DNA of 64,000 nucleotides from an uncultured Acidimicrobiaceae bacterium (GCA_963781305.1 CAWAFL010000013.1:478948-542947), one strand, 5' to 3'; shown: positions 36,556-45,603, numbered from the stretch's first letter. The notes: generated by a model from the sequence alone, not told the origin. Numbers and translations are program-made.

Positions 36556-39461
36556 CTCCGAGCTCTGGTTCTCTCCGGCGCCTGGGAAGGCCACCGCCCG
36601 CGTGCGAGCCTTCCTGCCGATCGTGACCGTCGTCGTAGGGACACAGCCACAAGGCTGAGCAGGACGAGCGTCCCGGCGGCGCTCAGTCCGAGGCCCAGCC
36701 ATGCTCCCTTGGGCTGATAGGACCAACTGAGGGTGCCGCTTCCCGGTGGCACCGTGACGGCTTGCACGACGCCGACCTGTCGGACCGGGAGGTCGATGGC
36801 CTGGCCGCCGGACGAGGGCTGCCAGGTCGCCGTCCATCCCGGGATGCTGGCGACGGATCGGACGACGACCGCGCCGGTGGTGCTGGTCACCCTGGCCGAT
36901 GTGGGGTCGAGGAGCGCGCCCGTCTTCCGGTGAACCGACGCCCCCTCGAGGGTCCTCCCGGGCGCTGGTCGGAGGGTGAGGGGAGGTTGGGCCCGTTGGT
37001 TGGCATACACGGTGAAGAGTCCGTCGGTTCCCGCGAACCTCCAGTGGGACAGGGTGTTGGTCCCCTGTAACTGCCCATTGGCGACGAAGCGCTGGCCCGA
37101 GTAGGTCGTGATGGTCGGGGCGCTGAACGAGGTGGGGCCGACGCCAGGTCGGACGGTGACGCCCACCGCATCGATGGAGCCAGTGAACCTCGCCGACAGC
37201 GTCTGCGATGACGTGGCGTCAGCCGGTGCCCAGGTGGTGCTGCCGTTCGCCTCGATCAGCCCGATCTTGGCACCGGCCAGGCCGGTCCGGTTGCCCGACG
37301 CTGCGATCGACGAGGAGAGGACCGGCACCGTGATCGACTTGACCGGCTGTGGCTCCCCGATGAGCCAGGTGGCTTGGCCCGTGCTCGCCACCGTCCGCTG
37401 AGCCGCCTCGGGGTCGGAGGGCGGGACGGTGGAGGTGGCCGCCTGTGGCCCTCCTGGCGTGGTGAGCGGTGTGATCAGGTAGCTCGACGGCGTCAACAGT
37501 GTCTTCGTGTCGAGCAGGTCCAGCACCCCGTTCCCGATGGCCGCCGGCGTCAGCGCATTGGTCCCGTTGCCGTTGGCCCCATGGGAACCGATGGCGGTGG
37601 CGTACCCGCCGTCGACGATGGCGCTGTAGCCCTGTGCGCTGTACTGGCCGGTCTGGATGTTGAGATCGGGTTGGGCCACGATGGTCGGCAGCCCCCCGAC
37701 CTGCAGCGGGTCATAGATGGCGAAGCGCCCGGTGCGACCGATCGAAGCCTGCAACGCGGGGCTGGTTCCCGAACCCGTCCCCGACCCGGCCGGGGCAGCC
37801 GAGGACGGCGACGTGGCCGTGGCCGGAACCGTGGTCCAGAACTGGGCGCCCTGCACAGAGACCAAGCTGGTCAGGGAGAATGCAACCAGGTCGACCAACA
37901 CGATGAGGGAGAGGTAGCGCGCCCGTCGCCGGTGGCTGAGCCGGGGCGCGGCGATCAGGAAGGTCCCGACCAGGATGGCGATGACGAGAAAGGGGAGGAG
38001 CGAGGGCCAGATGCGGCTGGCCTGTCCCACCTGGCTCGGGAGTGCTTGCATCCAACTGGTGAACTGGGATGGGAACACCACGGCCACGATCACTGCGACG
38101 GCCACGACCGCGGGCACGACCAATGAGATGGCCAGGGTGCGGCGGCTCGATGCCGATGAGATGGCCAGGGTGCGGCGGCTCGATGCCAATGAGATGGCCA
38201 GGGTGCGGCGGCTCGATGCCGAGAGGTCCGTGCCGCCTGGACGACTGGACCGGACAGGGCCGTCGATCGTGTGCTGGACCCAGTAGGCAAGTATGACGCC
38301 CAGGGCCAAATCCGTCACCAGGATGTTGCGGCTCTGAAGCCGTTGGCCCCCGAACAGGGGGATGTGGCTCAACAGCGGGCCGAGCGGGGTGTTCCCGCCC
38401 AGGGCCAGGACCACGCCGACCAGGGCGATCCCGATCCAGCCCAACCACTCCGGGACGGGGCGCCGACGCTGGAGGGTGGCGAGCAATGCCACCGTCGCGA
38501 CGATGGGCAGGATCCCGACATAGCCGGTCACCTCGGCCAGGTTGTAATGGGCGAAGAACGACGGCTGCCCGAACGAACCTGATCCTCCGACCAGGTCGGG
38601 GACCCCGAGTAGAAGCAACCACTGTCCCGGCAACGAGCCCGAGCTGAACAGCGAGTAGGTGGCCGCTGCCCGCTGGGACGTCGCCACCACGCTCAGGCCG
38701 GGCAGCCACTGCACCGCGCTGAAGACGATGGCCAGGGCCAGGCCGACAGCAGCCGAGACCAGGAACACAAGGGCAGCTCTTCCCGAGCGGATGGCTCGCC
38801 ACACCACATACAAGGCGGCGACGACGACGGCCTCGTCAATGGCCCTCGGTTCACCGGCGAGCACGCACATGCCGCCGCTGCCCCCGAGCAACGCGATCCA
38901 GCCGAGCCGGGCATGCGCGCTCGGGTGCTGGGACAACTTCAGCAGGGCGAGCAGCATCAGCGGAACCCAGCTCATGCCGGAAACCACCCCGAAGTGCACC
39001 AGCTGCGAGGCCATGGACCCGGCAAAGGCAAACGATGCGGCACCCAACAGACCAGCCGTAGGGCCCAGACCCGAGGCACGGAGAAAGAGGTACAACCCGA
39101 GCGCCGCAACCCAATAGACCAACACCTCGTTGAGGACCCATGCCGCGGTAGCCGGGAAGACGGCGAACAAGAAGGTGAAGGGATACATGGCCCCGGCATT
39201 CCAACCGCCGAGCAGGGCCGACCCACTCCAGATGTAGGGATCGAGGAGGGGGAAGGTCCCCTGCCGGAGCTGGTCGCCGGCCAGGATCCGCATCGGCAGG
39301 TTCTGGTACTGGTCATCCCCGAAGAGCACGGGATGGCCCAGGAGGCCGGGGATACCGAAGAACAACAGCGGAACAAGCACCAGGATCATCACAGCGACGA
39401 TCTCGGCACGGTGCGATGTGGCCGTCAACGCCCGCCAGCGGCCGCGGAGGCGCTCAGGCAT
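36552..39461 (-). CDS. large polytopic membrane protein, YfhO-like (putative glycosyl-transfer/glycan-modifying membrane protein)
   Basis: 969 aa. Many N-terminal TM helices show remembered YfhO-like features, followed by a roughly 400-aa extracytoplasmic Ser/Thr/Gly-rich domain and a C-terminal TM anchor. Its stop overlaps the SDR stop in CTAG. Confidence 0.7.
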   Translation of the reverse strand: MPERLRGRWRALTATSHRAEIVAVMILVLVPLLFFGIPGLLGHPVLFGDDQYQNLPMRILAGDQLRQGTFPLLDPYIWSGSALLGGWNAGAMYPFTFLFAVFPATAAWVLNEVLVYWVAALGLYLFLRASGLGPTAGLLGAASFAFAGSMASQLVHFGVVSGMSWVPLMLLALLKLSQHPSAHARLGWIALLGGSGGMCVLAGEPRAIDEAVVVAALYVVWRAIRSGRAALVFLVSAAVGLALAIVFSAVQWLPGLSVVATSQRAAATYSLFSSGSLPGQWLLLLGVPDLVGGSGSFGQPSFFAHYNLAEVTGYVGILPIVATVALLATLQRRRPVPEWLGWIGIALVGVVLALGGNTPLGPLLSHIPLFGGQRLQSRNILVTDLALGVILAYWVQHTIDGPVRSSRPGGTDLSASSRRTLAISLASSRRTLAISSASSRRTLAISLVVPAVVAVAVIVAVVFPSQFTSWMQALPSQVGQASRIWPSLLPFLVIAILVGTFLIAAPRLSHRRRARYLSLIVLVDLVAFSLTSLVSVQGAQFWTTVPATATSPSSAAPAGSGTGSGTSPALQASIGRTGRFAIYDPLQVGGLPTIVAQPDLNIQTGQYSAQGYSAIVDGGYATAIGSHGANGNGTNALTPAAIGNGVLDLLDTKTLLTPSSYLITPLTTPGGPQAATSTVPPSDPEAAQRTVASTGQATWLIGEPQPVKSITVPVLSSSIAASGNRTGLAGAKIGLIEANGSTTWAPADATSSQTLSARFTGSIDAVGVTVRPGVGPTSFSAPTITTYSGQRFVANGQLQGTNTLSHWRFAGTDGLFTVYANQRAQPPLTLRPAPGRTLEGASVHRKTGALLDPTSARVTSTTGAVVVRSVASIPGWTATWQPSSGGQAIDLPVRQVGVVQAVTVPPGSGTLSWSYQPKGAWLGLGLSAAGTLVLLSLVAVSLRRRSRSAGRLARGRWPSQAPERTRARS
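38125..38223. repeat. 33-bp x3 near-perfect in-frame tandem repeat inside the YfhO-like gene
   Basis: GAGATGGCCAGGGTGCGGCGGCTCGATGCC plus GAT, AAT or GAG. The copies are at 38125-38157, 38158-38190 and 38191-38223. On the minus strand it encodes SSRRTLAIS(L/S)(A/V) three times. Confidence 0.95.
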
Positions 39462-39579
39462 CCGGAGAGAGTCACATCCGAATCTGTGAACGAGCTGAGA
39501 GCCGGGGCCTCGCTTGGGGCGGGCGACCGGGCCTCGGATCCACCCGGTGACCTGGCCGGGCTCCGGGTAGCGTTACCCG

Positions 39580-40110
39580 ATGGCCGCTCCCCCTTCCCCG
39601 ACCAACGGGGGCCCGTGTGTCCTGACCCTGTGCACGGGAAACGCGGCGCGCTCGGTCATGGCCGGGATCCTGTTTGCCGACTTGCCCGTGCGGGTGGTGA
39701 CCGCCGGCACGTTCGTGGTCGAGGGACAACCGATGAGCTGGCGGACGCGGGATGCACTGGCGTCGATCGGGGTCGATACGCTCCCCGCCCACCGGAGCCA
39801 CCAAATGACCGACGCCGACGTTGACGCCGCCGACCTGATCATCGCCATGGCGGGCGAGCACGTCGCCTACGTCCGCCGCCGCCATCCCGCCGCCGCCGAT
39901 CGCACGGCCACCATCAAGCGGTTGGCGCGCGACCTGTCCGACGGCCCCGAGCCCCTGGTCGAACGGGTGGAGGCCCTGGGGCTCGACTCCGTCGAGATCG
40001 AAGCGTGGGAGGACGTCGAGGACCCGGCCGGGGGCGAGGTGGACGTCTACGTGAGCTGTGCCAAAGAGCTGGCCCAGCTCTGTGGCGAGCTGGCCCCTCG
40101 GTTGCGATAG
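39580..40110 (+). CDS. low-molecular-weight protein-tyrosine phosphatase / arsenate reductase-fold protein
   Basis: P-loop CTGNAARS (C-X5-R-S) and a downstream DP acid motif. Confidence 0.85.
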   Translation: MAAPPSPTNGGPCVLTLCTGNAARSVMAGILFADLPVRVVTAGTFVVEGQPMSWRTRDALASIGVDTLPAHRSHQMTDADVDAADLIIAMAGEHVAYVRRRHPAAADRTATIKRLARDLSDGPEPLVERVEALGLDSVEIEAWEDVEDPAGGEVDVYVSCAKELAQLCGELAPRLR

Positions 40111-40122
40111 GGCGCCGCGGCC

Positions 40123-40683
40123 TCAGTTGCCGATCGACCGGGCCAGTTCGGGGTGCCGCAGCGAGACATCGGCACAGGCCTCGCACACCTCCTCGGGAAT
40201 GACTCCGGCCCTCATCAGGGCGCCGAACGTCATGCATCCGAGGCACAGCCCGAAGGCCGCTTCGAGGAACGCGGCCGCAGCCAAGAGCCCGATCACCACC
40301 CAGGTGGCCGTGGACAGCCCGAAGCCGAACCACAGGATCACGGCGGTAGAGGAGAAGAGCACTCCGATCGCCTGGGCGAATCGCTTGGGAGGTCCGGGAA
40401 CCAGCTTGGGCTCCACGGGAAGGCGGGGAGCGATCACCCGGGTGGCCAGCTGGCCCAGGGGGCTCAGCTTCGGGCCCGTGGTCAGTCGGGCCCAGAACCC
40501 ATAGGTCAGCGGGACGAGCAGCCAGGGCTGGCGGAAGGCGATGGCGGCGACGCACAGCACGACCACGCCGGTAGCCACCGTTCGCGCTGCGTAGTCGTTG
40601 ACCGGGTTGGGGAAACTGAACAGGGCTGTGGACGGTGCCGACACCGGGTGGCCTCCGTGATCGGATCGGACCCGTCGTTCCAC
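40123..40683 (-). CDS. DUF4395 domain-containing membrane protein
   Basis: Hydrophobic core and a C-terminal CLGC...CEAC cysteine pair motif. Confidence 0.7.
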   Translation of the reverse strand: MERRVRSDHGGHPVSAPSTALFSFPNPVNDYAARTVATGVVVLCVAAIAFRQPWLLVPLTYGFWARLTTGPKLSPLGQLATRVIAPRLPVEPKLVPGPPKRFAQAIGVLFSSTAVILWFGFGLSTATWVVIGLLAAAAFLEAAFGLCLGCMTFGALMRAGVIPEEVCEACADVSLRHPELARSIGN

Positions 40684-40825
40684 GGGCCGGGCGAGGCCTT
40701 GCGGCCTCTACCCCACCAAGTTTACCTGTTCGGTCGTGTATTGGTTCGCCTCCGCCCAGAGGGCGCGGTCGAGGTCGGGCGATAGTCGCCGTGAAGCGGA
40801 AGTGATCACCAGGCGGCGGCGACCA

Positions 40826-41605
40826 TCAGGCGGAAGCGACCACCCCGTGCATGAGCTCGAGCCCGGCCAGCCCGGGGAGGCGGTCGACCCGACGGTCGAT
40901 GCGCTCGACCATGGGCAGTCCGTCGACCCCACCGAAGAGAAAACGGCTCAGGAACTTGACCTCGCCGTCGGGCATGAGGCTGCTGCCGACGGGCGCCCAG
41001 AAGTGCTGGAGGGCCCACCGGGTAAGTCGTTGTGCTGCGCGGCTGGCTGAGAGGCGGGACTTGGCTTGGTCCACGTAGAAGTCGACGTGGCGACCCTCTT
41101 GCTTCATGATCCTCCGGAGCAGGTCTGAGAGCACGGGGTGACCGGCGATGTTGGCCAGGCGGCTGTATCCGGCCTGCGTCGTCCACTCGTTGACCGCACC
41201 CCACGTCATGTGTACGGCGGTGAGGTGCGGGGTGAGCATGGAACCCAACTGAAAGGTGAGCGGGCGCCATGCGTCCCGCTTGGGCAGACGCTGACGGAGC
41301 GCAGCGATCCGACCGGTGCCGTCCGGTTCGTCATGAGCGGCGAGCACCTCGGCGATGGCCTCGCCGTGCCAGTGCTCCTCGTAGTTCCACATGGTGAGGA
41401 ACGAGGTGATGTCGGGGTCCTTGTGAGCTTGGGTGACCAGGATGTCCCGGAGATAGCACACCGTATGGATCTCGACGTCGTGCATGTATCGCAGACAGCG
41501 AAGGACGTCAGGGGCGAGGGGCTGGACGCGGAACGAGGAGAAGTCGATGTCTTCGGTGTCAAGTTTCGCCGAGCTGGAGCGGTAGGTGTCTAGGTCGAAG
41601 CTCAT
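40826..41605 (-). CDS. ferritin-like diiron-carboxylate protein (desaturase/oxygenase-like)
   Basis: Two E-x-x-H motifs (NYEEHWHGE, MKQEGRHVDF). The start is taken at MSFDL (41605). Confidence 0.65.
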   Translation of the reverse strand: MSFDLDTYRSSSAKLDTEDIDFSSFRVQPLAPDVLRCLRYMHDVEIHTVCYLRDILVTQAHKDPDITSFLTMWNYEEHWHGEAIAEVLAAHDEPDGTGRIAALRQRLPKRDAWRPLTFQLGSMLTPHLTAVHMTWGAVNEWTTQAGYSRLANIAGHPVLSDLLRRIMKQEGRHVDFYVDQAKSRLSASRAAQRLTRWALQHFWAPVGSSLMPDGEVKFLSRFLFGGVDGLPMVERIDRRVDRLPGLAGLELMHGVVASA

Positions 41606-42004
41606 GACTCTTCTTCGTAACCGGGCGGCCTCAGGATGACGATGGGAAAGGACATGTGGATCAACTACCCCCGGGGGAATGGTAGCAACCCTGACCAGGA
41701 ACAACACGGATCGGGGGATCGATGTCCCGGTGGTGGAGCACGAGACAACCCTCGGCGTCGGCCGCGGTTTGGAGGTGCGGAATTGCCTTCATCACAGAGG
41801 TCTTCGGGGCCGAGCGGCGCCCGGATGACGAACAGGTGATAGCGACGAACAACGACAGCCAACGGACCACGGCCGACAGGCGACAAGATGGTCAACATGG
41901 TGGACAGGTGACCGGGTGCGAGCGGTGAGGCGTCACCAGGGCGCGATGGTCCCCGTTGCCGCGGTTGGGAGGACCGGGTGGCACGACCAGCGGTTTGAGC
42001 TGAA

Positions 42005-42032
42005 CCATCCGGATCGTCGCCTGGTTCCGAAG
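42005..42032 (+). promoter_or_regulatory. candidate ECF (SigK-type) autoregulated promoter: CCATCC-N16-CCGAAG
   Basis: The motif ends 11 nt before the sigma-factor ATG (42044), implying a near-leaderless mRNA. It resembles my recollection of the mycobacterial SigK promoter (CCATCC-N16-CCGAAT). Confidence 0.4.
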
Positions 42033-42043
42033 ACCGTACTGAG

Positions 42044-42625
42044 ATGATCGATCTGGGGACAGCGAGCGATGCCAACCTGGTGGTGGCCATCGCCCGATGG
42101 CACGAACCGGCGATGGCCGAGGCATATCGCCGACACGGCGGCGCCGTCCATGCCCTTGCTCGCCGAGTCCTTCGTCACGAGCCCTCCGCCGAGGAGATCA
42201 CCCAGGAGGTGTTCCTGGACCTATGGCAGCACCCCGAGAAATTCGACTCGCAACGCGGGACGCTCCGCTCGTTCCTCTTGGCTCGCACCCACGGGAAGTC
42301 GGTCGACCTGATCCGGTCGGAGGAGTCGCGCAAGGGACGCGAGGAGCGCACTTCACGCGAGACGGCCACGGCCGGATACGACCTCGAGCACCACGTCTGG
42401 GACCTGGCCGTGGCCGACCAGGTCAAAGAGTCGATGGCTGAGCTTCCGGACGACATTCGCCAGCCCATTGAGCTGGCCTACTTCGGCGGGCACACGTATC
42501 GAGAGGTCGCGGCGATGCTGCAGGCGCCGGAGGGCACGGTGAAGAGTCGAATCAGGTTGGGCTTGACCCGGTTGCGTGCCAGCCTGGCCGAACGGGGCGT
42601 GGAGCCGGCAGGGGCAAGTTCGTGA
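42044..42625 (+). CDS. sigK: ECF RNA polymerase sigma factor (SigK-like)
   Basis: Sigma-70 region 2 (ITQEVFLDLWQHPEKFD) and region 4 (YREVAAMLQAPEGTVKSRIRLGLTRLR). It is translationally coupled to an RskA-type anti-sigma gene. Confidence 0.85.
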   Translation: MIDLGTASDANLVVAIARWHEPAMAEAYRRHGGAVHALARRVLRHEPSAEEITQEVFLDLWQHPEKFDSQRGTLRSFLLARTHGKSVDLIRSEESRKGREERTSRETATAGYDLEHHVWDLAVADQVKESMAELPDDIRQPIELAYFGGHTYREVAAMLQAPEGTVKSRIRLGLTRLRASLAERGVEPAGASS

Positions 42626-43515
42626 CCGGGTTCCTGAACGGCATGTCACACGAAGAAGTGGCAGAGCTCCTCGGGGTGTACGCACTCGACGCCCTGGATC
42701 CCGAAGAGGCCGCGGCGGTCGAAGCGCACCTCAGCGAGTGTCCCCGCTGCTCGGCCGAATTGGCTCGCCATCACGAGGTGGCAGGCCTTCTGGCCAATTC
42801 GGGGGCGGAGGCTCCCCCCGAGCTCTGGGACCGGATCTCCGGCCGGCTCGAGAGGCCAGCAGGCGCTGAGAGCTCCGAGAGCCCCGAATGGAATCGGCTG
42901 GCAGCTCGGCTGGAACGGCCACCGGGCACACCCGACGTGCTGGCCGAGGAGACCGCACCGCACCCTCCGGCTCGCCCGGATGCACCGGCCACGGTCGTCC
43001 CTCTGGACCGCAGCCGCCGGCGAAACCGCCTGGTGATCCGAGGGGTGACGCTGGTGGCGGGCGCTGCCGCCGTGCTGGCCGTGCTCCTGGGCATCCAGGT
43101 CGCGCACCTGAATCATCAGGTCGGTCAGTTGCAGTCGGTCGCCGGCAAGGCGGGGCTATCCCGGACCGTCCAGTCGGCGCTGGAGGAGCCGTCCACCAAG
43201 AGGGTGACGCTCGTGCCCTCCGGAGCGCAGAAGGCGAACAGCCCGTCGGTCACGGTGGCCCTCACCTCGTCGGGCGCCGGATACCTGATACCCCAAGGCC
43301 TGTCGAAACTTGCCCCGGGGAGGACATATCAGCTCTGGGGTCAGATCAATGGGCAGGCGATCTCGCTCGGCCTCCTCGGTTCCCACCCGACCGTGACCGC
43401 CTTCAGCGTCAACCCCAAAGCTCCGGTGTCCTCGTTCGCCATTACCGCCGAACGGTCAGGCGGTGCGTTGCAGCCGACCAGCACGCCGGTGGTCCAGGGC
43501 GTCGTCGCCACCTGA
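42622..43515 (+). CDS. rskA: anti-sigma factor (RskA-like: zf-HC2, one TM helix, extracytoplasmic RskA domain)
   Basis: Motif HLSECPRCSAEL, TM helix VTLVAGAAAVLAVLLGI, and a C-terminal YQLWGQINGQAISLGLL...AITAERSGG. There is a 4-nt overlap with the sigma gene. Confidence 0.8.
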   Translation: MTGFLNGMSHEEVAELLGVYALDALDPEEAAAVEAHLSECPRCSAELARHHEVAGLLANSGAEAPPELWDRISGRLERPAGAESSESPEWNRLAARLERPPGTPDVLAEETAPHPPARPDAPATVVPLDRSRRRNRLVIRGVTLVAGAAAVLAVLLGIQVAHLNHQVGQLQSVAGKAGLSRTVQSALEEPSTKRVTLVPSGAQKANSPSVTVALTSSGAGYLIPQGLSKLAPGRTYQLWGQINGQAISLGLLGSHPTVTAFSVNPKAPVSSFAITAERSGGALQPTSTPVVQGVVAT

Positions 43516-43587
43516 CCCGCTTCATCGTGGTCACGACCTCACCGCAGGAACTCTGCCCGCCTGGTCGGTGGATCTCTGCCGCCTGGT

Positions 43588-44307
43588 TCAGACGCGGTGG
43601 ACCTGGCGCAGACCGGCCCAGGCCAGATCGGCCAGCCGAATGGCCAGGAGCCCTGCATCGAGACTGGGGGCAGACGATCCCTCGGGAATGCCGGGGGAGG
43701 TGTGTCCGGCGTGGTCGCGGGCACCTCGGCCGGCCATCCAGTGTCGACTGGCCCCTTCGGCCATCCCCACGACGGCGTAGGCCAGGAGCAGCCGGTGCTC
43801 GGGATCGAGCCCGGCGTCGATGAGCGGGTCGATGGCCTCGGCGATGGCGTCCTCGACCCGGCGGAGCGCGTCACCCAGCTCCGGGTCGTCGGGTGCATCA
43901 CGACCGTAGAGCAGGCGGAAAGCGTCCTCGTTGCCCACCACCATCTCGAAGTAGGCGGCGAAGCCCAGTTCGACCTGTTGGCGCGGCCCATCGGCCTGCG
44001 CGGTGGCGGAGGTGATGGCCTCGATGACCTTGCCGGAAACGACGTCCATCAGCTCCAGGTAGAGCGCCCGTTTCGAGTCGAAATGCTGATAGACGAGGGG
44101 TTTGGTGACCCCGGCCGCCTCGGCGATGTCGTCCATGGTGGTGGCCGCGTAGCCCCGCTCGGCAAAGAGGGACAGGGCCACATCGAAGAGCTGGTTGCGC
44201 CGCTCGCCTGCGGTCAACCTTCGGCCCGGCACCGGCGGCGCAGTTCGTTTGGGACCTGGACCGTCGTCCCTGGGGTCGGCAGCCATCGCCTCGATCATCT
44301 CGGCCAT
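43588..44307 (-). CDS. TetR/AcrR family transcriptional regulator
   Basis: HTH region TTMDDIAEAAGVTKPLVYQHFDSKRAL. Confidence 0.85.
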   Translation of the reverse strand: MAEMIEAMAADPRDDGPGPKRTAPPVPGRRLTAGERRNQLFDVALSLFAERGYAATTMDDIAEAAGVTKPLVYQHFDSKRALYLELMDVVSGKVIEAITSATAQADGPRQQVELGFAAYFEMVVGNEDAFRLLYGRDAPDDPELGDALRRVEDAIAEAIDPLIDAGLDPEHRLLLAYAVVGMAEGASRHWMAGRGARDHAGHTSPGIPEGSSAPSLDAGLLAIRLADLAWAGLRQVHRV

Positions 44308-44382
44308 GCTACTCCTGGCTCCGAATTGCCTGATCCCTTCGGCCGACGGCAGTCATCTGCCGGGGAGATCGGCCGACAGCGG

Positions 44383-45603
44383 TCAGCTTCTCGGGAGGGC
44401 ACGAGCGATCCGTTCGGGCAGATCGCGCAGTGAGAAGTGGGCATCGGCCACGGCGGCATTGAGGTCGAGGAGCGCCGGATCGGGAGCCGAGAGCCAGGCG
44501 TCGAGCTCGGCGGGCCGGTCCACCGGGAACCACTGGAACCCGAACGCGGCCAACTCGGCGGCCACGGGGTAGGGGCCGATGGCCAGCGGGCGTCTGTGGA
44601 TGGCTGATTCGATGGTCGGGTTCCCGAACCCCTCCCATGTGGAGGGAAGGGCCACCACGTCGCAGGCGGCGTAGGCGTCGTCGACCCCGGCCCCGGACAG
44701 GCCGTTCCAGCCGAAGATCACCGGAGCCCGACTGGCATCGAGCAGCCTCGCTGCCTCGGAGGCGAAGCCGTCCTCGGCCGGTCCCAGCAGCCAGTAGGTG
44801 GCGCCCACAGACTCGGACAAGCCAATGCCACCGGCGACGTTCTTCCGGGGGATGGCCCGGGTGGGCTGCAGCACCAACCGGGTGTCGTCACCCACCCCGA
44901 GGAGCTCGCGGACGGCCCTTCGGGTGGCATCGACGGCGCCCCGGTCCCCGGGCTCGCCCCCGGCACTCCCGCTCGTGTCGAAGGCGTTGTACACCGTCGT
45001 GGCCGCGATGCCGCGGGCGTCGAGCTCGGCTCGGCTCAGCTCGTTGATGGTCACGTGGGTCCACCGTCGGTCGTCGGGGGGCGGTGGGGCATCGACGAAC
45101 TGCGGCCGCTGCCAGGGCAGGTCATGGTGGTGGAGAAGGGCCGGCCGGCCGGCGAGGACGCGGGCCACCACGTCGGCCGCTGCTGGGTTGAGCGGAAGCG
45201 AGCACAGGTTTTCCACGACCACCAGGTCGGCTTCGTCCAGCGCGTCGACCACCTCGACAAAGGTGGGTGGGGCGTCGGCGTCGATGGCCAGGCCCGGCAG
45301 GAGTCGGTCAACCGGGCCCTCGCCAGCCACCGTGTACACCTGATAGCCCAGTGCCTGCAGGGCCGCCGACCACTTGGTCGCCTCGACAGCGACTCCATCG
45401 GAGCCGCCGAGGCGAAACGAGACGAGGGCGGCGGTGGGAATGGGGACACGGTAGTTCGAACCCAGTACGGTCGCCGCCGGCCAATGTACGGCCCGGTTCT
45501 GCCTCGTCGGCCCGGTCTGTTCTGCCTGATCGGCGGTGTCTGTTCTGCCTGAAAGGCGCTGTCGGATGTGCCTGAACGGCGGTGTCTGTTCTCGTCGGAA
45601 CAC
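44383..45603 (-). CDS. glycosyltransferase family 4 (GT-B fold); start codon uncertain
   Basis: C-terminal [10 protein letters not shown] motif and first beta-strand [13 protein letters not shown]. The only canonical in-frame start is GTG at 45603. That start makes the first roughly 40 codons run through the 23-bp repeat array. Confidence 0.75.
   Translation of the reverse strand: MFRREQTPPFRHIRQRLSGRTDTADQAEQTGPTRQNRAVHWPAATVLGSNYRVPIPTAALVSFRLGGSDGVAVEATKWSAALQALGYQVYTVAGEGPVDRLLPGLAIDADAPPTFVEVVDALDEADLVVVENLCSLPLNPAAADVVARVLAGRPALLHHHDLPWQRPQFVDAPPPPDDRRWTHVTINELSRAELDARGIAATTVYNAFDTSGSAGGEPGDRGAVDATRRAVRELLGVGDDTRLVLQPTRAIPRKNVAGGIGLSESVGATYWLLGPAEDGFASEAARLLDASRAPVIFGWNGLSGAGVDDAYAACDVVALPSTWEGFGNPTIESAIHRRPLAIGPYPVAAELAAFGFQWFPVDRPAELDAWLSAPDPALLDLNAAVADAHFSLRDLPERIARALPRS
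45491..45601. repeat. five degenerate tandem repeats (about 23-bp period) in the GT4/crotonase divergent region
   Basis: R1 GCCCGGTTCTGCCTCGTCG, R2 GCCCGGTCTGTTCTGCCTGATCG, R3 GCGGTGTCTGTTCTGCCTGAAAG, R4 GCGCTGTCGGATGTGCCTGAACG, R5 GCGGTGTCTGTTCTCGTCGGAAC. Confidence 0.85.

Noticed and set aside
35251-36837. A 528-aa minus-strand ORF spanning 35.2-36.8 kb.
   Set aside because: It overlaps the SDR gene and a small plus-strand gene in antisense. It has no motifs and an Arg/Gly-rich composition.
38125-38223. Possible CRISPR array (also considered for 45491-45601).
   Set aside because: The repeats are directly adjacent with no spacers. One set is in-frame coding sequence. No cas genes are present.
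40693-40708. The GAGGCC-TTGC-GGCCTC hairpin as a terminator between the diiron gene and the DUF4395 gene.
   Set aside because: The stem is only 6 bp, there is no U-tract, and it lies 118 nt from the upstream stop. It is too weak to call.
41606-42004. Possible riboswitch or known ncRNA in the long sigK-upstream intergenic region.
   Set aside because: I could not match any conserved riboswitch core (B12 box, TPP, SAM, glycine and so on) or SRP, 6S, RNase P or tmRNA signatures by eye. Only generic GC hairpins are present (for example GGTGAC...GTCACC at 41907-41937). This needs a covariance-model scan to settle.
45450-45463. GGTAGTTCGAACCC, which resembles a tRNA T-arm.
   Set aside because: No acceptor, D or anticodon arms can be drawn around it, and it lies inside the GT4 coding frame. 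I found no tRNA anywhere in the window by eye.
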